64,000 bases of DNA from Dehalococcoidia bacterium (GTDB taxonomy: Bacteria; Chloroflexota; Dehalococcoidia; Plut-88900). The stretch is taken from positions 2,688,001-2,752,000 of the forward strand of contig OZ240219.1 of NCBI GenBank assembly GCA_965197645.1, read 5' to 3'. Below are positions 57,006 to 64,000 of the stretch, one piece after another (the first letter of the stretch is position 1; every line of letters starts with the position of its first letter). The position numbers and the translations under genes were made by a program. Below the pieces are notes generated by a model. It saw nothing but the letters and a program-made list of their open reading frames with translations. It was not told the origin of the DNA and ran no database searches.

Positions 57006-58628
57006 ATGCGACCCATAGCCGAAATAGCCGAAAAATTCGGCCTGGACCCCAAGCTGGTCATCCCTTACGGGCACTACAAGGCCAAGGTTCCCCTCGAAGC
57101 CATCCACACTGGAGGCCATCGGGGTAAGCTGGTGGTCGTAACCGGCATCACGCCCACCCGGGCAGGCGAGGGCAAGACCACCACGACCGCCGGTCTAACC
57201 CAGGGCCTGGGAAAGCTGGGCAAGAACGTCGCGGCGACGCTGAGGGAGCCTTCCCTCGGCCCTATCTTCGGCATCAAAGGGGGCGGCACGGGCGGCGGCA
57301 AGGCACTGATCCTACCCGAGGACGAGATCAACGTCCATTTCACCGGAGATGCCCACGCCGTCGGCTCGGCCCATAATCTGCTGTCTTCGCTGGCGGACAA
57401 CGCGGTTCAACGGGGCCAAATCGAGGGGATGGAGGCGGCGGGGCTCACCTGGCGCCGGGTAACCGACGTCGAGGACCGCGCCCTGCGCTCCATCATGACC
57501 GGCATCGGAGGAACCCCGAACGCTCCGGTGCGAGAGACTGGCTTCGACATCGTCACCGCGTCCGAGATCATGGCCGTGCTGGCGTTATCCTGGGACCTGG
57601 AGAACTTGAGGTCCCGCCTGAAACGAATAGTGGTCGGGTTCACCCGGGACGGCACTCCGGTAACCGCCGAGGATGTCAACGCCGTAGGCTCGATGATGTC
57701 CCTCTTGCGGTACGCCATCCAACCCAACCTCGTCCAGACCGGCGAGGGCCAGCCGGTGCTGGTGCACACCGGGCCTTTCGGTAACATAGCGCACGGTTGC
57801 AGCTCGGTGGTAGCCGACAGGCTGGCCCTGGGCTACGCCGACTACGTCCTCACCGAGGCTGGCTTCGGCGCCGACCTGGGATTCGAGAAGTTCATGCACA
57901 TCAAGGCCCGGTTCAATCAGCTGGAACCCCATGCCGCCGTGCTGGTGGCATCGGTCAGGGCGCTGAAGTCCCATGGCGGCGTCCGGGTGAAAGAGCTGGG
58001 CGTTCCAAATGCCGATGCGGTCCGAAAGGGCACGCCTAACCTGGAGCACCTCATCGGCGTGATCCGCTCATTCGGTCTGCCGGTCGTCGTGGCCATCAAC
58101 GAATTCCCCACCGATACACCCGATGAGATAGCCGCGGTCAAGGATGCAGCCGAGGGCGCCGGCGTGTACGCCGCCGTCGAAAGCCGCGGATTCACGGAGG
58201 GCGGGGCTGGTATGACCGACCTGGCGGAAGCTGTCATCGGCGCAACGGCCGGCTCCCCTCCCGATATCTCCTACCTATACCCGGAGGAAGCCCCTATAGA
58301 GGACAAGGTATCCGCCCTGGCCCGCAACGTCTACGCCGCAGATGACGCAGCCTGGAGCGCTCCGGCCAAGCGCCGGCTGAAGGGTTACGAGGAACTGGGG
58401 TGGGGAAAGCTGCCCGTCTGCATGGCGAAGACCCACCTCTCCATCTCCCATAACCCCAGGCTCAAGGGCAAACCTTCCGGCTACACCTTCGAGGTATCGG
58501 ACGTTCGGGCCTCTCCAGGCGCCGGGTTCATCTATCCCCTGGCCGGCGACATGGTGACGATGCCAGGCCTGCCGGGTACCCCCAGGGCGCTGGATGTAGA
58601 CGAGGCGGGCAACATCCTGGGCCTGTAG
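57006..58628 (+). CDS. fhs: Formate--tetrahydrofolate ligase
   Basis: TPTRAGEGKTTT, LREPSLGP, GPFGNIAHG, TEAGFGADLG, CMAKT, TMPGLP. Confidence 0.97.
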   Translation: MRPIAEIAEKFGLDPKLVIPYGHYKAKVPLEAIHTGGHRGKLVVVTGITPTRAGEGKTTTTAGLTQGLGKLGKNVAATLREPSLGPIFGIKGGGTGGGKALILPEDEINVHFTGDAHAVGSAHNLLSSLADNAVQRGQIEGMEAAGLTWRRVTDVEDRALRSIMTGIGGTPNAPVRETGFDIVTASEIMAVLALSWDLENLRSRLKRIVVGFTRDGTPVTAEDVNAVGSMMSLLRYAIQPNLVQTGEGQPVLVHTGPFGNIAHGCSSVVADRLALGYADYVLTEAGFGADLGFEKFMHIKARFNQLEPHAAVLVASVRALKSHGGVRVKELGVPNADAVRKGTPNLEHLIGVIRSFGLPVVVAINEFPTDTPDEIAAVKDAAEGAGVYAAVESRGFTEGGAGMTDLAEAVIGATAGSPPDISYLYPEEAPIEDKVSALARNVYAADDAAWSAPAKRRLKGYEELGWGKLPVCMAKTHLSISHNPRLKGKPSGYTFEVSDVRASPGAGFIYPLAGDMVTMPGLPGTPRALDVDEAGNILGL

Positions 58629-58630
58629 CG

Positions 58631-59257
58631 CTAGCCGGACTTGCCGACTACGGCGAATCCGTACTCCCGGGAAGCGTCCTCCAGCCAGCGGGCCAGGTAG
58701 TCGGCGAAACTGCGTCTCACGATAATATCGAAGGACGCCGTACCGTCTTCATCCTTAAGGGGACGTATTACCGCCGCCGTCTTGGCAAAGTTGGACTGGG
58801 CGCACAGGCCCGGCCCGAACACCCGGGGATGAAGGTCCAGGGAGCAGCCCTTGGAGAGCGCCTCTCGTGCGTTCCGGCCTCGAAGATTGATGACCGTCTG
58901 GCCGCCGCTCAGGTCGACAAGGGCGTAGAACCGGTCGCCCAGTGCGTTTCGAAGCGCCTCCTCTACGCCCGCCTGCTCGTCAGCGCCCGTCAGCAACAGC
59001 CACTCGTTGGGCCCCAGCCACAGGGCCGCAACCCGATCGCTTTCAGATACCACATTGGGCTCGATGGGCAGCCGTGCACCGGTTGCGGCCTCCACAGCCT
59101 CCAGGAAAGCAACGTCGGCGGGGTCGACTCTAAGGTTCAGATGTCCCAGAAAGGGGCGCTCGGAGAGCTGTACCCCGGCGCCGGCAGACTGGACCACGCC
59201 TTCGTGCCGAGCCATGAACTCCACCAGTGGCGACTCCAGGCGAGGGCCGTCAGTCAT
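58631..59257 (-). CDS. soxG: Sarcosine oxidase subunit gamma
   Basis: WLGPNEWLL, GCSLDLHP, VRRSFADY; last gene of soxBDAG. Confidence 0.92.
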   Translation of the reverse strand: MTDGPRLESPLVEFMARHEGVVQSAGAGVQLSERPFLGHLNLRVDPADVAFLEAVEAATGARLPIEPNVVSESDRVAALWLGPNEWLLLTGADEQAGVEEALRNALGDRFYALVDLSGGQTVINLRGRNAREALSKGCSLDLHPRVFGPGLCAQSNFAKTAAVIRPLKDEDGTASFDIIVRRSFADYLARWLEDASREYGFAVVGKSG

Positions 59258-62200
59258 CCTGCCGTTTCCTGTCCGGATCGTAGAACACCGGGCTGGCGAC
59301 AACCGCCGGAACGGCAGGGCCGTTCCCCTCGGATACGTACACCAGATCGCCCATGCGAGAGCGTCCGCCTTTGATGAGCGCCAAGGCGATCGAACGGCCC
59401 AGATAGGCGCTGTAGTAGGTAGAGGCAACGTGCCCTATCATGGGCACCGGCGCCGCACCGTTGGGGTCTTCGATCACCTGGCCTCCGTCGGGAAGCACCT
59501 CGCTGGGATTTTCCGTCAGAAGGCCCACCATCTGCTTCCGGTCCCATCTCACGGAATCGGGCCTGGACAGCGAGCGCTTGCCCAGAAAGTCCTTGCCCTT
59601 TGCTACTATCCAGTCCATGCCCAGGTCTATCGGATGAACCGATCCATCGGTGTCCTGGCCGACTATGATGAAGGCCTTCTCCGCCCTCAACTCGTGCATC
59701 GATTCGGTGCCGTAGGGCGCTATGCCCAGCTCTTCGCCTGCTTCGATAATCGACTCCCACACGTAGTGGCCGTAGTTGGCGTTGACGTTTACCTCGAAGG
59801 AGAGCTCCCCGGTGAAACTCACCCGGAAGACCCGTGCCGGGACGCCGGCCACCGTACCTTCTCGGAAGGACATGAATGGGAAGGCGTCGCGAGAGAAGTC
59901 TATGTCATCGCACAGCTTGGTAATCAGCCGCCTGCTGTTGGGGCCGACTATCGACATAGTGGCGAACTGATCGGTAACCGAGGTGAGATAGACCTTCAGC
60001 TCCGGCCACTCAGTCTGCAGCCACCTCTCCATCCACGACATCACGTTGGCCGCGCCGCCGGTGGTCGTATACATGAAGAAATGGTCCTCGGCGATCTTGC
60101 CCGTGACCCCATCGTCCATGACCATGCCATCCTCGCCCAACATCAGGCCGTATCGACAACGCCCAACGCCCAGCTTCTTCCAGCCGTTGGTGTAAATCCG
60201 GTTGAGGAACTCGGCGGAGTCCAGGCCCTGGATATCGATCTTGCCCAGGGTGGACTGGTCCAGCAGCCCTACGCTATTGCGGGCCGCCAGGCACTCCCGA
60301 TTGACGGCCTCGTTCATACTCTCGCCGTTCACCGGAAAGTACCAGGGCCGCTTCCACTGGCCTACGTTTTCAAAGGGAGCGCTGCGGGCTACGTGCCACG
60401 GGTGGATAGCCGTCTTTCGTACCGGGTCGGCCAGCTCACCCACGTTCCTTCCCGCGATCGCCCCCATGGTGACGGGTGTATAGGCGGGCCGGAAGGTGAT
60501 GCTTCCCACCGACTGGATCTCCTTCCCCAGGTGCTGGGCGAGAATTCCTATGCCGTTTACGTTGCCCAGCTTGCCCTGGTCTGTGCCGAAGCCCAGAGTG
60601 GTGTACCGATTGACCAGCTCCACCGAGTCGTAGCCTTCCAGGGCGGACAGCACGATGTCCGCCGCGCTCACGTCCTCCTGGAGATCAACGAACTGCTTGT
60701 GCTCTCTGGTGACCGGATGCCTGGACGGCACTCCCCACATGGCCTGGATAGGTCCCTGGTGAAACTCCGAAGTGGAAGGAGGTTCCGAGCTTACAGACCC
60801 GTCCCCGAATCCGGCGGCACGGGCAGCCTCAGCGCCGGCAACCGCTCCTTCGGCCAGGCATTGGGCCAGGGGAAATGCTCCGTTGCAAGCCCCGGCGGAC
60901 CGCTGGCCCACCACCGGCCCTTCGGGCACAAAGCAAGCGAGACCGGCATCGTAGCGGGTCGCGCCCCGGGACTGGCAGTGCAGGTGAACGGTGGGGTTCC
61001 ATCCCCCCGAGACCGCTACCAGGTCACATCGCAGCCTCCTGCTCCCGGGCTGTACCCTGCTCCCGGAAGGATCGAGCGGGGATATCTCCACGCCCGTCAC
61101 CCGCTTCTCCCCCTCCACGTCCGTAACGACGTGGCCATTGATGACCTCGATGCCCCGTTCCCGCACTTGCGAGACCAGGTCGCCAGCGGAATCGGAGCGC
61201 ACGTCCACCACAGCCCGCACGGTAATATCCGCATCCAGCATGTCTATTGCCGTCTGGTAAGCGGTATCGTTGTTGGCGAACACCACGGCTCGAGATCCCG
61301 GTTTGACACCATGTTTGTTTATGTAAACTGAAATAGCCGAGGCCTGCATCACCCCGGGACGGTCGTTGTTGGGGAACACCAGCGGCCGCTCGATGGCCCC
61401 TGCGGTCAGCACGACCTCCTTGGCGCGGACCCGCCACATCCGCTCTCGAGGCCCCCTTCTTTCTGCGGGCGGAAGGTGGTCGGTGCGCCGTTCCACGATG
61501 GCCAGGAAGTTGTGGTCGTAGTATCCGAAGACGGTGCTGCGAGGCAGCAGCCTCACCTCATCCATCGTCGAAAGCTCTTCGATGGCCGAGGCCACCCATT
61601 CCGAGGCGTGGGCGCCATCGATGAGCTCTTTGCCGGCCAGCAGGCTTCCCCCGAACTCGCTCTGTTCGTCGGCCAGGATAACCCGTGCGCCCGTTCTGCC
61701 CGCCTCCAGGGCTGCCGCCAGTCCGGCGGGCCCAGCCCCGACGACCAGAACGTCGCAGTGAGCGTTCATTCGGTCGTAGTAGTCGGGGTCCGGCTTTCGT
61801 GGAGACTCGCCGAGGCCGGCGGCCTTTCGGATGAAGGCTTCGTAGGTCTTCCACATCCCCTTGGGCCACATGAAGATCTTGTAGTAGAAGCCCGCGGGCA
61901 GGAACCGGGACAGGTGGCTGTTGACGGCGCCGATATCGTGCTCCACGCTGGGCCAGGAGTTGACGCTCCTAGCCTCGAGACCATCGTACAGCTCCACCTC
62001 GGTGGCACGAAGGTTGGGAATGGCCCGACCGCCCCGGCCGACCTGCAGAAGAGCGTTCGGCTCCTCCGCGCCGCTGCCCACAATCCCGCGAGGCCTGTGG
62101 TACTTGAAGCTTCGCCCCACCAGGTGGACCCCGTTGGCCAACAGCGCCGAGGCCACGGTGTCACCCTGATACCCTCGATACTCCTTGCCGTTGAAGCTAA

Positions 62201-62261
62201 ACCGGAGTGGCCTCTCCCGGTCTATGCGCCCGCCGGCGGCGATCCGAAAGCGCTGGGTCAC
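59250..62261 (-). CDS. soxA: Sarcosine oxidase subunit alpha
   Basis: GDTVASALLANG, RSFKYHRPRG, PAGFYYK, DQGK, GcvT-like C-terminus. Confidence 0.96.
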   Translation of the reverse strand: MTQRFRIAAGGRIDRERPLRFSFNGKEYRGYQGDTVASALLANGVHLVGRSFKYHRPRGIVGSGAEEPNALLQVGRGGRAIPNLRATEVELYDGLEARSVNSWPSVEHDIGAVNSHLSRFLPAGFYYKIFMWPKGMWKTYEAFIRKAAGLGESPRKPDPDYYDRMNAHCDVLVVGAGPAGLAAALEAGRTGARVILADEQSEFGGSLLAGKELIDGAHASEWVASAIEELSTMDEVRLLPRSTVFGYYDHNFLAIVERRTDHLPPAERRGPRERMWRVRAKEVVLTAGAIERPLVFPNNDRPGVMQASAISVYINKHGVKPGSRAVVFANNDTAYQTAIDMLDADITVRAVVDVRSDSAGDLVSQVRERGIEVINGHVVTDVEGEKRVTGVEISPLDPSGSRVQPGSRRLRCDLVAVSGGWNPTVHLHCQSRGATRYDAGLACFVPEGPVVGQRSAGACNGAFPLAQCLAEGAVAGAEAARAAGFGDGSVSSEPPSTSEFHQGPIQAMWGVPSRHPVTREHKQFVDLQEDVSAADIVLSALEGYDSVELVNRYTTLGFGTDQGKLGNVNGIGILAQHLGKEIQSVGSITFRPAYTPVTMGAIAGRNVGELADPVRKTAIHPWHVARSAPFENVGQWKRPWYFPVNGESMNEAVNRECLAARNSVGLLDQSTLGKIDIQGLDSAEFLNRIYTNGWKKLGVGRCRYGLMLGEDGMVMDDGVTGKIAEDHFFMYTTTGGAANVMSWMERWLQTEWPELKVYLTSVTDQFATMSIVGPNSRRLITKLCDDIDFSRDAFPFMSFREGTVAGVPARVFRVSFTGELSFEVNVNANYGHYVWESIIEAGEELGIAPYGTESMHELRAEKAFIIVGQDTDGSVHPIDLGMDWIVAKGKDFLGKRSLSRPDSVRWDRKQMVGLLTENPSEVLPDGGQVIEDPNGAAPVPMIGHVASTYYSAYLGRSIALALIKGGRSRMGDLVYVSEGNGPAVPAVVASPVFYDPDRKRQDD

Positions 62262-62539
62262 TCGAGGCCTCCCGGCGGCGCCTGGCCGATCTTGTACACG
62301 GACTTGAACTCGTAGGTAACGGTGTCCCTCTCAGCGTTGAACCAGCGCCGGCAGCCGGCGGAGTGTACCCACTGTTCCAGCTCCCGTCCGCTGGGATTGT
62401 TACGCATGAAGAGATAGTCGGCCCACTCCACGTCGGAAAGAGCTTCAGGCTCTTTGGGCCGCACGATGTGGGCCTCGCCCCCATAGGAGAACTCGGACTC
62501 CTCCCGAGGGCCGCACCAGGGACATTCGATGAGCAGCAT
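62258..62539 (-). CDS. soxD: Sarcosine oxidase subunit delta
   Basis: MLLIECPWCGPREESEF...WVHSAGCRRWFNAERDTVT. Confidence 0.95.
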   Translation of the reverse strand: MLLIECPWCGPREESEFSYGGEAHIVRPKEPEALSDVEWADYLFMRNNPSGRELEQWVHSAGCRRWFNAERDTVTYEFKSVYKIGQAPPGGLE

Positions 62540-62553
62540 ATCGGCAATCTCCC

Positions 62554-63804
62554 TCAGTGGGCCACCGCGGCTGCGCCGTGCTCGTCTATCAGGTATCCCG
62601 TAGTGAACCTGTCCAGGTTGAAAGACTCGTTGAGACGATGGGGCTGATCGTTGGCGATGGTATGGGCGAACACCCAGCCCGACCCGGGCGTGGCTTTGAA
62701 TCCGCCGGTGCCCCATCCGCAGTTGAAGTACAACCCTTTGACGTGGGTCTTGCCGATTATGGGGCTGGCGTCGGGACAGATATCCACGGTGCCGGCCCAT
62801 TGTCGCAGCATGCGGAGGCGGCTGAACATGGGGAACAGCTCCACCACGGCCTCCATGGTCCCCTCGACTACCGAGAAGCTGCCTCGCATGGCGTAACCCT
62901 TGTAGGAATCGATGCCGGCGCCGATGATCAGCTCGCCCTTGTCGGTCTGGCTTACGTAGGCGTGTACGGCGTTGGACATCACCACTGTGTCCAGGACCGG
63001 CTTCACGGGTTCGGAGACCATGGCCTGCAACGGGTGGCTTTCGATGGGCAGCCGGACATCGGCCATCGAGGCCAGGACGCTGGAGTTGCCGGCGACCACC
63101 ACCGCCACCTTCTTTGCCTTGATGAATCCCCTCGATGTTTCCACGCCCACGACGTGATCGCCCTCGCGTCTTATGCCGGTCACCTCGCAGTTCTGGATTA
63201 TGTCGACTCCCCGGGCGTCGGCGCCCCGTGCGAACCCCCAGGCCACGGCGTCATGTCGGGCAGTACCGCCCCGTCTCTGGAAGGATGCCCCAAGAACCGG
63301 GTACCGGGAATCGGGCGACGTATTCATTATCGGCACCAGATCCTTGACCTGCCGTGCGTTGAGAAACTCCGCATCGATCCCGTTAAGCCGGTTGGAGTTC
63401 ACCCGCCGTTTCGTGTCCCTCACCTCCTGAAGATTGTGCACCAGGTTCAGCACCCCTCGCTGGCTGAACATCAGGTTGAAGTTGAGCTCCTGGCTCAGCC
63501 CTTCCCACAGCTTCATCGACCATTCGTACAAATGAGAGGTCTCGTCCCAGAGGTAGTTGGACCGGATGATGGTGGTGTTCCGGCCTACGCTGCCACCACC
63601 AATGTATCCCTTCTCCAGCACGGCAACGTTGGTTATGCCGTGCTCCTTGGCCAGGTAGTAGGCCGTCGCCAGCCCATGGCCCCCGGCCCCAACGATGATG
63701 ACCTCGTACTCTTCTTTAGGCTGGGGATTCCGCCATGCCCTGGGCCACTCTTCGTGGTGGCTGAAGCTGTGGCGGATCAGTTCTAGGAGTGAGTAATTGC
63801 CCAT
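62554..63804 (-). CDS. soxB: Sarcosine oxidase subunit beta
   Basis: [49 protein letters not shown]. Confidence 0.96.
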   Translation of the reverse strand: MGNYSLLELIRHSFSHHEEWPRAWRNPQPKEEYEVIIVGAGGHGLATAYYLAKEHGITNVAVLEKGYIGGGSVGRNTTIIRSNYLWDETSHLYEWSMKLWEGLSQELNFNLMFSQRGVLNLVHNLQEVRDTKRRVNSNRLNGIDAEFLNARQVKDLVPIMNTSPDSRYPVLGASFQRRGGTARHDAVAWGFARGADARGVDIIQNCEVTGIRREGDHVVGVETSRGFIKAKKVAVVVAGNSSVLASMADVRLPIESHPLQAMVSEPVKPVLDTVVMSNAVHAYVSQTDKGELIIGAGIDSYKGYAMRGSFSVVEGTMEAVVELFPMFSRLRMLRQWAGTVDICPDASPIIGKTHVKGLYFNCGWGTGGFKATPGSGWVFAHTIANDQPHRLNESFNLDRFTTGYLIDEHGAAAVAH

Positions 63805-63883
63805 GACAACGCAGCCGAGTATATCACCTTATCCTGGTCGGCAGAGAGATGGGGTTCCTATACGGCAGAGAGGGGACGATGGG

Positions 63884-64000
63884 CTACGACTTGTCCTCTT
63901 TGGGCCTGGCCGTGTAGTCCCCAAAGGGACCGTCTCGCCACTGGAGCGCGGCCCGAAGACCCTGGGTGCGACCGATCTCCTTGAATTTGGCGTTGGCTGC
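63884..64000 (-). CDS. 3' end of a probable crotonase/enoyl-CoA hydratase (runs off window)
   Basis: AANAKFKEIGRTQGLRAALQWRDGPFGDYTARPKEDKS*; the WRDGPFGDY tail resembles some crotonases. Confidence 0.55.
   Translation of the reverse strand, partial: AANAKFKEIGRTQGLRAALQWRDGPFGDYTARPKEDKS

Noticed and set aside
59007-63786. Long plus-strand ORFs (774, 279, 409 aa)
   Set aside because: Antisense shadows of soxA/soxB, expected in GC-rich DNA; no motifs. The same applies to 36991-38385, 39370-40428, 42592-43785 and 52070-53170
63805-64000. Possible glycine riboswitch upstream of soxB
   Set aside because: No tandem aptamer motifs; most of the region is the 3' end of an upstream CDS

Overview
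Bacterial chromosomal window, GC-rich and densely coding. Gene content (LLM, SDR, fused class III CoA-transferase, crotonase, TPP, M20 and DapA-like enzymes; rpmH-rnpA-yidD-PQQ-yidC-jag) suggests Chloroflexota, probably SAR202-type Dehalococcoidia. A plant-type LRR protein and a creatinase-like/sarcosine oxidase/Fhs set hint at a host-associated (e.g. sponge) lifestyle; both are inferences. 1-16 kb is an accessory region ending at tRNA-Ala(TGC): LRR protein, NCS2 permease fused to a degenerate GHKL-like domain, XRE + ImmA/IrrE pair, NucS-like nuclease, chrA, carbonic anhydrase, higBA between 175-bp direct repeats, and AIPR. 16-42.6 kb is mostly core: rmuC, jag-rpmH, tlyA, pckA, glmS, cmk, an Fe3+ ABC operon whose binding protein is reduced to a remnant, a DtxR-family repressor, a beta-CASP nuclease coupled to SbcC with no sbcD, a degenerate ABC ATPase and tRNA-Pro(TGG). 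42.6-64 kb is catabolic, with a 143-bp MITE, fhs and soxBDAG. Best candidates for undescribed systems: the beta-CASP + SbcC pair, the NCS2-GHKL fusion with an apparent ATA start, and the tRNA-Ala defence islet. All calls come from reading motifs by eye; no searches were run.
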